DNA of 45,811 nucleotides. It comes from a virus. Lineage: Duplodnaviria > Caudoviricetes. A program made the position numbers and the translations under genes. The notes beneath the pieces are model-generated. The model did no database searches and was not told the origin of the DNA. It worked only from the letters and a program-made list of their open reading frames with translations. Below are positions 16,334-25,971 of the stretch, in pieces (positions within the stretch are counted from its first letter, which is position 1; each line of letters begins with the position of its first letter). The DNA is taken from the IMG/VR virus record IMGVR_UViG_3300048881_000514, positions 1-45,811 of that record, one strand, 5' to 3'.

Positions 16334-19300
16334 ATGGATACCAAGCAAGCCAATCAACAAGACCACTTAGAGTCTTTCTTACATAAGTTAGATGAATATA
16401 ACGATACTTTCCCAAGGGATAAAGAAACTTATGATTCTTTGCGAGAACTAGAGGATGATGTTCTAAGAAAAAGATTAAAATTGAATAAGAAAGAACTACA
16501 AGTTTGGAAAAAGAACCAAAACTCTTTCCAAACAATGACCGAGAAACAACAAAAGAATATACTTGTTCTTTGTAAAGCCCTTATAGTTCTTAAAAGCTTA
16601 GTTAATATCTACAAAGAATCTAAAGACGCAAATATTCTTAAGAAAGCTCAAGATATCATACTGAAGATTAAAGCACTTGATTCAAACGAACACGTCTTCA
16701 TGAGTATTAGAAATGAGTTGGTTTTACATATAAATGACGCAAAACAAAAAGCGGTAAAGAGGGTTTTAAAGAGAGTTAGTGGTGATCTAACTAGTACAAG
16801 AGAAATCGCTTATGCTTCTCAATCTATAATGGTAATGATGGGTTTGATAACCACCACAGACATCCAAGAAATGAAAGACGTACTCGAAGGTGTGGCCTTC
16901 AGAGAGTTTAAAAAGCTCGTGAAGAATTTTAAAAATTCTGAACAACATGGTGATTATGAAATCATTAAGCAGGTGGGTGCTTCTAAAATAACAGGTGCTA
17001 AATCAATACCGCTACATATAAAGGTTGTTCAAGCTGTAAAGCATTTAGGCGGAACGAAACACATAAACGCATCCGAGGCAACAAACTTAGCGACAGGTCT
17101 TGCTGACATTGCAAACGACATAAATAAATCTGCTTCTGAGAAGATAAGAGAGAGAAGTCTACTTATTGATAAAGAGCTTGTAGACGTTCAAACCGAGTTT
17201 GAACAAGGCGAGATGACCAATGAACAAAGAGAAGAAAAACTAGACTCTATCAAAGTCATTAAGGCGATGGCAGAAGCAGAGATTCTTATTAAGCCGAGTG
17301 AAAAACAAACCGAAATCGGGAAAGAGCTTGGTCTTACTCAAGAACAAGAACAAGCTATGCTTTCTGTGGGTAAGACAATTATCTCAGCAGGTGCGGGTTC
17401 AGGTAAGACTCGTGTTCTTTCTGCGAAGGTTGCTCATCTTCTTAATGATGAAGATAATGATGTATCTCCGTTCAACATCATGGCAGTTTCTTTCTCAAGA
17501 AAGTCAGCTAAAGACCTTCAAGATAAGATTAAACTTAATGCGGGAAGTAAGATCCCTAACATTGAAGTTACAGCTTTAGGTAAGACAACTCACAGTATAG
17601 CTATTGAGTTTATCAATCGTTTTGACCCCGAAGCTACTAAAACAATTGTAGCAGATAAGTTCATGCAAGATAATCTAGTGAAGGAAGCGATAAAGTTAGC
17701 TTCTAATACTGAATCAGGTGAGTTAGAACCTGAACCTGATACTTTCTTTGGTAAAAAGATTGATAGTTTAGGGGGTACTAACAAGCAAGTCGATATGAGA
17801 ATCTTAAACTTACTAACTTCTTCTCAAAGATGGTTAGAAGGTCGTGGGTTCAGTAAAGGCGTAACCGTTGACCTTCAAAGGATCACAAAAACTTATATGG
17901 AGTCCAATGAAGTTAGTCAGAAAAATATAGATGAAGTTAATCGGATTCTTGGCTACAATAGAGGTTGGAGAGCAAAACTTAAAGCCTTTGGAGGAGATGA
18001 AAAGAAGGCTAAGAACTACACCTTCCCTTCATATAAGGGGGCTGATAAAATTGCTTCTCAGAACTCTGCTAATTGGTGGGGTATTCAAGAACTCGCTGGC
18101 GGTGGTGAAAAGATCCCTAGTATCAAAGCTTGTAAGCTATTCATCACTAAAGCTAAGTCTCAAATGATGACACCACAAGAAGCTTTTGATAAAGTTAAAG
18201 CGAGCGGTGCTGAGTATGTGATCAAAGCCAAAATCTATGGGGCTTATCAGCATCTATTGAAAGAAGAAGGAAGAATGGACTTTGATGATGTACTTATCAA
18301 GGGCGTTCAAGTTCTTAATAACGCTACGAACCTCAACCAAGTGCAGAAACAATACAAGCACATCATTGTGGACGAGGCTCAAGACTTAAACCCTGTCCAA
18401 CACGCTTTCTTTGGTTTGATCGCAGGTACTCATAAAAGTGGAGGGAGAAATCAACCTCCACATGAGCTACCTGCTGATGAGCAAACTATGGAAGGAAAGA
18501 GCTTTACTTTAGTTGGTGATGAGAACCAAAGTATTTATGGTTTTCGTGGAGCTACTCAGAAAGAGTTTTCTTCTAAAGCAGGAAAAGGAGGTTTCACTCT
18601 GAAACAAATCGGAATCAACTTCCGTTCAGGTGAGAACATTGTTAATGCTGCGAACAAACTTGTCGAGGCTGATTCTGAAGATTCTTTAGGTCTACAATGT
18701 GTTGCGTCTTTCAAAGATCAGAAAGATACGATTAAGCATGAAATCCATGACAATGTAGGTAAGGCTTCTAGGGGAGTTGCGGATCACATAAAAGCAATGA
18801 CAGACTCTGAAGGTACATTTACAGATTCTCCTTCAGACTTCGGTATTGCCTGTAGAACTAACGCTGAGATCATCCCTTATGCTCTCGCTCTACTTGAAAA
18901 AGGAGTTCCTTTTAAGAGTGGTGTGAATCCTTTTGCTCATCGAAGCACTAAAGCGATTATCAGAGTTTTAGGATTCTGCACGAATGACCCTTCTCTTCAA
19001 ATGAGTGCTTTATATAACTTCCATAAAGACCTTGAAATGCCCATTTCAAGATTTGACGGGTTCATGGATAAATGTAAAGAACTCTTAACTGATAAAGTAA
19101 GTGATGCGAGAACTCTCGCTGAGAGTGTCAAAACAGCTCTAGTACATTGGAAGCAAAATAAATTAGAGAACGAGGACTTGGTGGAATTTCTCCAAGGTGA
19201 AGATGACGATGACGCAAAACGTATTATTTCGATTTATTTTTATTTGGATATGTTGTTAGGATTAAGACAGGTAGGGGAAAGAACTCCTGTAGAAGCCTTT

Positions 19301-20068
19301 GACGTTGCTTTGGGCTATAAACCTTACACTTCAAGTGGGTCGGAAAAGTTCATTGGAAATCAAGAAGGAAAGAAGCTCCACGAAATACTTGGAAGTTATG
19401 TAAGTAAGTCTGACACAAGTTCTCTTTCACCAATTGGAGAACAAGACATAGACTCTGAAGTAGAGGGTGAAGCCGAAGATCAAGAAGAGATGTCCTCATC
19501 GGAGCAGGAAGAATGGAATCTTGCCCCGTTGCCTGCTTTAAGACAAATGTTCTTAAAAGCCGACAAAAATAAAGGTGGGTTCTACAAGATCTTTGACAAG
19601 ATAAGTGAGATGAAAAGAAATGCAGATTCACAAGGTCTAGTTAAAGATGACGATGACGTTGTTGTGCTTGACACTGTTCATGGTTGGAAAGGACTTGAGG
19701 TTAAGAATCTTTATGTTCCAATGGTAGAGGGTACTTTCCCATCAAGTCGATCTACTTTTGATCCACTCATACATGAGAGTCAAGAGGAAGCTGAAGCTGA
19801 AAGGCTAGATCAAGAAAAGAAGCTCGCTTACGTTGCAATTACTCGTGGTATGAGCAACGTAAATATTCTTTCTTATAAGACTAGCACAGCAGGGAAAGAG
19901 GTTGAGCCTTCACAATTCATTTCTCAAATGGGGGTTTGTCCTACTTCAAATAAAAGTGCAAGTCAGAGACGCTTGGCGACAGCACTTGACATTCTTTCAG
20001 AGTATTCTGCCTCTGAAGATGACGACATGACTGACGCTGAGTTTGAAGAAGCGACAAGGGGTCTTTAA
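16334..20068 (+). CDS. uvrD: UvrD/PcrA-family SF1 helicase with long N-terminal extension
   Basis: AGAGSGKT, VSFSRKSA, DFDD, IVDEAQD, VGDENQSIYGFRGA, NFRS, RTN, TVHGWKGLE, LAYVAITRG. Confidence 0.95.
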   Translation: MDTKQANQQDHLESFLHKLDEYNDTFPRDKETYDSLRELEDDVLRKRLKLNKKELQVWKKNQNSFQTMTEKQQKNILVLCKALIVLKSLVNIYKESKDANILKKAQDIILKIKALDSNEHVFMSIRNELVLHINDAKQKAVKRVLKRVSGDLTSTREIAYASQSIMVMMGLITTTDIQEMKDVLEGVAFREFKKLVKNFKNSEQHGDYEIIKQVGASKITGAKSIPLHIKVVQAVKHLGGTKHINASEATNLATGLADIANDINKSASEKIRERSLLIDKELVDVQTEFEQGEMTNEQREEKLDSIKVIKAMAEAEILIKPSEKQTEIGKELGLTQEQEQAMLSVGKTIISAGAGSGKTRVLSAKVAHLLNDEDNDVSPFNIMAVSFSRKSAKDLQDKIKLNAGSKIPNIEVTALGKTTHSIAIEFINRFDPEATKTIVADKFMQDNLVKEAIKLASNTESGELEPEPDTFFGKKIDSLGGTNKQVDMRILNLLTSSQRWLEGRGFSKGVTVDLQRITKTYMESNEVSQKNIDEVNRILGYNRGWRAKLKAFGGDEKKAKNYTFPSYKGADKIASQNSANWWGIQELAGGGEKIPSIKACKLFITKAKSQMMTPQEAFDKVKASGAEYVIKAKIYGAYQHLLKEEGRMDFDDVLIKGVQVLNNATNLNQVQKQYKHIIVDEAQDLNPVQHAFFGLIAGTHKSGGRNQPPHELPADEQTMEGKSFTLVGDENQSIYGFRGATQKEFSSKAGKGGFTLKQIGINFRSGENIVNAANKLVEADSEDSLGLQCVASFKDQKDTIKHEIHDNVGKASRGVADHIKAMTDSEGTFTDSPSDFGIACRTNAEIIPYALALLEKGVPFKSGVNPFAHRSTKAIIRVLGFCTNDPSLQMSALYNFHKDLEMPISRFDGFMDKCKELLTDKVSDARTLAESVKTALVHWKQNKLENEDLVEFLQGEDDDDAKRIISIYFYLDMLLGLRQVGERTPVEAFDVALGYKPYTSSGSEKFIGNQEGKKLHEILGSYVSKSDTSSLSPIGEQDIDSEVEGEAEDQEEMSSSEQEEWNLAPLPALRQMFLKADKNKGGFYKIFDKISEMKRNADSQGLVKDDDDVVVLDTVHGWKGLEVKNLYVPMVEGTFPSSRSTFDPLIHESQEEAEAERLDQEKKLAYVAITRGMSNVNILSYKTSTAGKEVEPSQFISQMGVCPTSNKSASQRRLATALDILSEYSASEDDDMTDAEFEEATRGL

Positions 20069-20416
20069 CTAACGGTTATCGCCCGACCCACCGATAACGC
20101 CCCTTGCCTTGCGATCTAAGAGTTTATCCATATTCTCTTGTGCGATTTGAGAGAGGTCAAGCCCAAGCTCATCTGCAAGTCTCGCACAATACCACAGGAC
20201 ATCTCCTATTTCTGAGGACATGGTTTGAACCCACTTTTCTTTAGCCTCCTCTCTTTCAATCTCCCAAAGTTTGGAATCATCTCTGATCCATTTCTTCATT
20301 TTACCTGCCACCTCTCCCGCTTCAGAGGCTATGCCGAGAGAGAGATATTCTAAGGCTTGTGAGGGTGGGTATTTAGCCGTTTTTATAGTTAGTTGTTGGT
20401 ACTCTTTGAAGTTCAT
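20069..20416 (-). CDS. mazG: MazG-like NTP pyrophosphohydrolase
   Basis: LGIASEAGEVAGKMKK...EIGDVLWY...N..KL.DR..RGVIGGSGDNR. Confidence 0.9.
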   Translation of the reverse strand: MNFKEYQQLTIKTAKYPPSQALEYLSLGIASEAGEVAGKMKKWIRDDSKLWEIEREEAKEKWVQTMSSEIGDVLWYCARLADELGLDLSQIAQENMDKLLDRKARGVIGGSGDNR

Positions 20417-20418
20417 TA

Positions 20419-20877
20419 CTAATCTCCCAAAATGTCAACTTGAGATGATTCTTGGCCTTCTTCTTCTGCGGGTGTGAGATCGGGTCGCCAATGTCCGTTT
20501 CTTTCTACCTCAGATGAGAAGTAGTAAATATCGGGGACATTCAGAAAATACTTCATCTCACCTGACTTATCATCTTCCTCACCCCCAATGAAGCAGAGTT
20601 GATGATCAAGAAGTGCAGTACGCTCTTTCTCTGAGAGTTGATTCCAAGTATCAGCACCGAGTTCAATAACGAACTGATAATCACGCTCACCGAGTAAGGT
20701 GATTAGTGAAGGGGCTTTTGAGGTCTTTCCGAGTTGGGGTTTGCCACCTTTACGGGAAGCCTTCTCTTTAAAGATAACGATAATATCATCGCAAATCGCA
20801 CCAAGATGAGGGTGGGCTTCTCCGATTAGAGTCTTAAGTTGACTTTGAATTTCTTCGCCTGATTTCCATCTATCCAT
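20419..20877 (-). CDS. phage metallopeptidase-like protein (HExxH degenerate)
   Basis: HPHL...F.I.L..DTW..LS...R.ALLDHQLCF...PD...F..EV.R.G.W pattern of the putative phage metallopeptidase family. Confidence 0.7.
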   Translation of the reverse strand: MDRWKSGEEIQSQLKTLIGEAHPHLGAICDDIIVIFKEKASRKGGKPQLGKTSKAPSLITLLGERDYQFVIELGADTWNQLSEKERTALLDHQLCFIGGEEDDKSGEMKYFLNVPDIYYFSSEVERNGHWRPDLTPAEEEGQESSQVDILGD

Positions 20878-21362
20878 TATTGGTTTTCTCCTGTTGGTTT
20901 TGAGAGGAAAGTTATCCCCCTCGAAGGGTTATGAATGAGGGGGTATTTCTTATCCCCGATGATAATAATGCAACCTAATAGAGAGGGGTCTTTAGGAACT
21001 ACCATATCTTCAACTTTCCTTGTTTCAGATATACCTACGGACATCATTCTTTGCTCGGCTGTGTTTGTATATATATGAATTAAGTCCCACCCTTCCTGTT
21101 TTCCTCTTATTTTTATGGTTTTTTTCATCTCAGAAATACAGTCTTCTACTGAGCAATCTTGACCCCAAGAAAGAACAGTACCTCTAGCAGAAGGGGTTTC
21201 CACCCAAGTCAGCACCCCCCCCTCTTTCTTAGGGTTACCTACAAGATAGGGGAAAGACTTTTCGGGGACGGGTACTTCTAACATGAGAGGAGACTTATCC
21301 TTCTTCATGTGAATGATCTCAAGTATCGGTGGACTCATCTTCTTCACTTTCTTCAGAATCAA
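20877..21362 (-). CDS. hypothetical protein
   Basis: ORF within the tightly coupled minus-strand operon; true start may be the second Met. Confidence 0.7.
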   Translation of the reverse strand: MILKKVKKMSPPILEIIHMKKDKSPLMLEVPVPEKSFPYLVGNPKKEGGVLTWVETPSARGTVLSWGQDCSVEDCISEMKKTIKIRGKQEGWDLIHIYTNTAEQRMMSVGISETRKVEDMVVPKDPSLLGCIIIIGDKKYPLIHNPSRGITFLSKPTGENQ

Positions 21363-21720
21363 CCCCTGCGAGAACCCATAAAAGTGCGGCGATGTCGGGG
21401 TACTTTGAAGCTATCTTACCCATGTCCCCACTATTAAGAACCTCTTCCACTTCGGAAGTTATTTCTTCTTTGCTCTTTCGTGGTGTAAAGAAGGGGCAAG
21501 TATTAGGAACAGAAGCGTCACAGATCATACCTTCCCATTCATCGGGTTTATCTGCATCCATCAAACAAACATGAAACAAGGGTTCTGAAGCGTGTCCTCT
21601 GACAACACCACTGTATACACAATTACAGGGTTTTTTAGAAGTAGCTTTCCTACCCTCTTTCTTTATAACTCTGTGCTTAACTTGTTTTATCTTGTGTTTA
21701 ACTTTTCCTTCAGATCTCAT
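21319..21720 (-). CDS. Cys-rich hypothetical protein
   Basis: PCNC...C...CD...CPFF; GAGG SD. Confidence 0.7.
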   Translation of the reverse strand: MRSEGKVKHKIKQVKHRVIKKEGRKATSKKPCNCVYSGVVRGHASEPLFHVCLMDADKPDEWEGMICDASVPNTCPFFTPRKSKEEITSEVEEVLNSGDMGKIASKYPDIAALLWVLAGVDSEESEEDESTDT

Positions 21721-21730
21721 TTTTTCTACC

Positions 21731-22348
21731 TCAACTTATTTTGGTGAAAGTAGCCCCGTTTTTAGTAGCCTTTACACGGTAAGCAAGATCAGCACTTTCT
21801 GCTATAGAGGAGTTATGTGAAACACACAAAATATTCATATCTAGCTTTTTACATAGTGCTTTAAGAAATTCTACAAGTAGTTCTGTTCTGTTCTCATCTA
21901 CCGCAGGGAAAGTCTCATCTAAAACGAGGACAGGGCGAAGCTCTCTCTTTAACAGAAGGGAGACTCTTAATAGAAGGCTCTGTACGGTACTCACAGCCCC
22001 CCCAAAAGTATCTAACCCCTCACCCTCAACCTCGACCCCATCTTTGCCTTTAACCACTGTTTTAAGACGTACAGAGACTTTGCCTCTGACTTTAGTTATC
22101 TCAGCAGTTTGGCTTATGTCTTGTTCGGGGAAGATAGCTTTAAGTCCTTGGTCAAGAAGGGAGATATAAGTTTTAACCCCTTCTTCAACTTCTTTCTCTA
22201 TAAGTAGACCAAGTACACCTTGAGCCTGTTGCTTTACGTCTAAGTCCGACTCAAGCAACGCTATTTCTAGGTCAAGATCATTGACCCTTTTTTCTTCAGT
22301 CTCTTTCAGAGTTTGAATTTTTAAATAGCGTTCCTTGAGTTTGTTCAT
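21731..22348 (-). CDS. sbcC: SbcC/Rad50 C-terminal half (signature, Walker B, H-loop)
   Basis: Coiled coil, then TFGGA (signature variant), LVLDETF and CVSHN; no Walker A. Confidence 0.8.
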   Translation of the reverse strand: MNKLKERYLKIQTLKETEEKRVNDLDLEIALLESDLDVKQQAQGVLGLLIEKEVEEGVKTYISLLDQGLKAIFPEQDISQTAEITKVRGKVSVRLKTVVKGKDGVEVEGEGLDTFGGAVSTVQSLLLRVSLLLKRELRPVLVLDETFPAVDENRTELLVEFLKALCKKLDMNILCVSHNSSIAESADLAYRVKATKNGATFTKIS

Positions 22349-23632
22349 TTAGACCATCCATCCCAAGACTGAAAGAATGGTAGCACCACTATCAGTCTGT
22401 TGTTTAAAGATCATATACCCTCTCTTCTCATCTTCACGATTACAACCAAAAGTAATGTGTTCTGAATGATTCGCAACAAGGCTTCTTTTCATATATCCGA
22501 TATTAAAAGAGAAGGACTCAATATCATCACCCTCAGTCTCACCTTTTTTATCTGCTAACATACGAGAAGCATATAGACGCTCACCTAAGTCTTCAATAGT
22601 ATTGAGATCAAAGTCCTCGGTTAGCTCAACACTTAACTCAGCAGGGTCAAGACTATACGTCTGTACGTTATTTCCTACAGAGAGCATTTCAAGACGAGGT
22701 GGAGAAAAAGTCTCTGATTCAGAATCAATGAGTGTAACCTTAAGGTTGGACTCATCAGCTCCCGAAGACAAGAAATCAAGAGAGTTGTTAAACTCCTCTT
22801 TCTCAATACGCCACACACGTCTTGGAACCCAATCAAAAGCGTCAATATAGCGAGATGTGATCGCTTTAGGCATATCGAACGGCAATTCCATCATACCAAA
22901 AACACCCCCGTCTTCAGATTGAAGGAAAGTTGCTTTTGTTGAATCCAACACCTTAATACTATGCCCATCATACGACTTCAAAAACTTACACGCAGGAGAG
23001 ATGTCTTTAAGATGGAACTTAGCTTCTAAGTCTTTAAAGCTATCTGACTTAGACATACAAAGACCGAAGGAATCACACGAAAAAGCCATCCCATCTGTGA
23101 ACAAAACCTGAGCGAGTTCAGGTCTGCGTACTTCATCACTATTCGCATAAGGCTTAGAGATACTCAAAGTGTCATGCATTACATTTGCAGGGACATTAGT
23201 CATAAGAGTGGAAGCAGAAAGAAGCTCTCTCCAAGGAGGGAAGACCGTAGGGTCGAGAGAAGACAGCTCAAGAGTACCTTTATCTGAGGTGATACTCACA
23301 GACCCACTATCTACTTCGATAGTCAGTAAGCCATTTACAGCATTGATTGCCTTAAGAATACGCTTCCCTTCTAATGTAAAGGATTGGAAAGCGTCTTTCT
23401 TTTCAGTGGCTTCTCCGTTTTCCTCTTCACCCTCAACAGGTTTGATTTCGTCAATCTTACACCCTTTCAGAGGAATAGAAGAATAGATACGAGGAGGGTT
23501 GCAAGCAGACACAAACACTTCATCTCCAACTTTCTCAAATAAGAAATGAGAAGTAATGTCTGGGCCATTACCAAGCGTTGCTTGGGCGATTGAAAGAGTT
23601 TCTTTGAGGTCGTTTTTGCTGATTTTCATCAT
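22349..23632 (-). CDS. dnaN: DNA polymerase III beta sliding clamp-like protein
   Basis: MKISKNDL...L; ..DP..FP; D..RRPEL..V; CDSF.L; FN..Y: the beta-clamp pattern, with insertions. Confidence 0.75.
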   Translation of the reverse strand: MMKISKNDLKETLSIAQATLGNGPDITSHFLFEKVGDEVFVSACNPPRIYSSIPLKGCKIDEIKPVEGEEENGEATEKKDAFQSFTLEGKRILKAINAVNGLLTIEVDSGSVSITSDKGTLELSSLDPTVFPPWRELLSASTLMTNVPANVMHDTLSISKPYANSDEVRRPELAQVLFTDGMAFSCDSFGLCMSKSDSFKDLEAKFHLKDISPACKFLKSYDGHSIKVLDSTKATFLQSEDGGVFGMMELPFDMPKAITSRYIDAFDWVPRRVWRIEKEEFNNSLDFLSSGADESNLKVTLIDSESETFSPPRLEMLSVGNNVQTYSLDPAELSVELTEDFDLNTIEDLGERLYASRMLADKKGETEGDDIESFSFNIGYMKRSLVANHSEHITFGCNREDEKRGYMIFKQQTDSGATILSVLGWMV

Positions 23633-23913
23633 AGAGTTTTAATCCTGTTTTCAATGGTTGTGATAACTTGCTCTGCTTCATTTAAAGCAGTTGTGAAATT
23701 GTTGATGGCTATTTGTCTTTCTCTTTTTAACCGAGAAATCTCTAATTCTAAGTCATTAGGGTTAAGACCCATTTCTTTTAGTTGATTGTCGATCTCAGAA
23801 AGAGATGACTTCGCCGCTTCAAGTTTACCCGTAAGTTTGGCTTTACGGTTTTCAAGCGACTCTCTTTTCTTTGCGAGGTCTTCTATAGAGTCATCCAAAG
23901 CTGATCCTTTCAT
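23629..23913 (-). CDS. small coiled-coil protein
   Basis: 94 aa with a heptad pattern throughout. Confidence 0.7.
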   Translation of the reverse strand: MKGSALDDSIEDLAKKRESLENRKAKLTGKLEAAKSSLSEIDNQLKEMGLNPNDLELEISRLKRERQIAINNFTTALNEAEQVITTIENRIKTL

Positions 23914-23952
23914 TAGTAAAAAACATGGATACTCTTCTATATCAGAATTAGT

Positions 23953-24945
23953 TTAAAGGTTGTCTTTTTTACCCATCGAAAATTCCAAAAAACCATCAGC
24001 CCCCTCAACAGGGTTGGGTACTTTAGCTCTTCTTAATCCTCGTTTTGCCGCATTTCTTGATTTTTGAGCCTGTCTTTCTTCACACACAGACTCGAAGTTG
24101 CACATTGAACAGTGTTTAGGTATCGGATTAGGTTCAAACACACCTCTGTTAATGGCTTTAGAAGTCTGAATAGCTTCGTTAGCGAGTCTTTTGATGTCAG
24201 TGGCATCAATGGGGACTTCTACATAACCTGTCCAATTCTCTCGGTACTTTTCATCAATGAACTTAAGCTCTGATGGAGGATTATCGCTAGGGTATCGAAA
24301 GTAATAAAAGCCGACACTTTCAGGGAGTTGGTTATGCTGTAATCTGAAGCACAGAGCATACCATCGCAGTTGATCGGGGTCTTCATATTTGCCTGGTGTG
24401 GTTGCGTTCTTTCCATCAAGGATATGTATTTTATCTTGTCGATCTCTATAAACGAGGTCAGCTATACCGCAAGCATTAAAGTATTTGTTGACGGAGGGAG
24501 TCATTCTATATTCGGGGTGGTTTGATCGACCCAAGAACTTATTTTCATGGACAATCTTAAGAAAGTTTTGAATACCCGATACGCAAAGTTCAATACAGTC
24601 TTCACGAGTCATATAGTTCCATAAGCAATATCTTTTTTGTTCTTGAAAGACGAATTCCTTTCTAACTTTTTCCTCTAGCTCTAAAGCTAGGGGTTTATCA
24701 AAACCTTTCCGCCAAAGTTCGTGTTTGTAGAAATCTTCTGAAACGGAAGCTAGGACAGAACCCATTAATATATGGTGTTCAGACTTCCTGTCTTTTTCAG
24801 GAGGTAAGGACTTAGGGCTTCCATGACCATTACCTAAATCATGTTGAGGATGTCCTTTAGTCCATAGGAATTTCTGAGGACACTCTCTCATCATTTTAAT
24901 GTGCGACCAATAAATGTTCTTCATATTACTCTCGTCTTGCTCCAC
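23953..24945 (-). CDS. PD-(D/E)XK nuclease (Cas4/AddB/RecB-like, Fe-S motif)
   Basis: CPQKF...G..D...ILDGK...QL.WY...CSMCNFESVC. Confidence 0.85.
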   Translation of the reverse strand: MEQDESNMKNIYWSHIKMMRECPQKFLWTKGHPQHDLGNGHGSPKSLPPEKDRKSEHHILMGSVLASVSEDFYKHELWRKGFDKPLALELEEKVRKEFVFQEQKRYCLWNYMTREDCIELCVSGIQNFLKIVHENKFLGRSNHPEYRMTPSVNKYFNACGIADLVYRDRQDKIHILDGKNATTPGKYEDPDQLRWYALCFRLQHNQLPESVGFYYFRYPSDNPPSELKFIDEKYRENWTGYVEVPIDATDIKRLANEAIQTSKAINRGVFEPNPIPKHCSMCNFESVCEERQAQKSRNAAKRGLRRAKVPNPVEGADGFLEFSMGKKDNL

Positions 24946-24996
24946 AGTTCACCTCCTACAGTACCGAAGCTAAGACTATATATAGGATTTTTTTGG

Positions 24997-25971
24997 CTAT
25001 AGGGTGCTTTCGAGGTAAAAAATTACTTGTTCTTTCACTTCATTAGGTAAAGGCATTTCTTTCACTCTACTTGTTAAGTTTAAACCACCCCAACTTCCAC
25101 CTGATACAGTTTTCATCTTCTCAACTATTTCTAACATACGATCTGAATCTTCTTTCTCCCTTACTGCTTCTTCTATTTTGAAGGCACTTTCTGAAGGTCG
25201 GATAGGTACGTTATGGCGAGTAAAAACTATACCGTCTTCTGCGGTCAGTTTAACTTCAACTATACAAGGATTCCTATCTAAGTCATCAAGGTGAAGTGAT
25301 CCTCTTGTTAAAGACCCTACGTTCACTACAGTCGCCCCGTTTTTAAGTTTTTTGATTCCTTGGTCTTTATGCCAATGCCCAAAGAACCAACCATCTACTT
25401 GAGGGATACTATTAAGAAAGTCATAACCTATAATGTCTTCCCCTTCAAACATTGAGCCTATCTTTCCTTTTCTAGCTAACAAATGGCAAGCTACTAGGAG
25501 GTAATCTTCATCTTTCTTGGTTAAGTTAGAAAGACGATCAAAATCATATTCTACACCATGATAAGGTATCCCAACTATTCTAACTTTAACCCCATCACCC
25601 TCTAACATGATTTCTTTCTCTCCTCCAAACTGCTGAAATACTTTAGAAGCAAACATAACTCCTAAAGGCTGTTCGGGGAGGTACTCTATGTTTCCATATT
25701 TAACATCATGGTTACCTACAAGCACATGGACAGGGCAAGGGTACTCTGAATGTGCTTCGCAACTCTTTCTCACAAGATCATGTGTGTTTTTAGTGGGGGA
25801 CTTAACATCAAAAAAATCACCCCCATCAAGCACAACATCAGCGTTTAGATCTTTCGCCTTTTTCCCAACCCATTTGAGTTTCTTAATCACATCCTCCGAC
25901 CAAACCCCTGTCCTTCTTTTAGGTGTTCGATCTCCCATATGAACATCTGTTCTCCATATTAATCGTGGCAT
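24997..25971 (-). CDS. sbcD: SbcD/Mre11 metallophosphoesterase nuclease
   Basis: TDVH, GGDFFD, GNHD, H, GHWH, NVGS. Confidence 0.9.
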   Translation of the reverse strand: MPRLIWRTDVHMGDRTPKRRTGVWSEDVIKKLKWVGKKAKDLNADVVLDGGDFFDVKSPTKNTHDLVRKSCEAHSEYPCPVHVLVGNHDVKYGNIEYLPEQPLGVMFASKVFQQFGGEKEIMLEGDGVKVRIVGIPYHGVEYDFDRLSNLTKKDEDYLLVACHLLARKGKIGSMFEGEDIIGYDFLNSIPQVDGWFFGHWHKDQGIKKLKNGATVVNVGSLTRGSLHLDDLDRNPCIVEVKLTAEDGIVFTRHNVPIRPSESAFKIEEAVREKEDSDRMLEIVEKMKTVSGGSWGGLNLTSRVKEMPLPNEVKEQVIFYLESTL

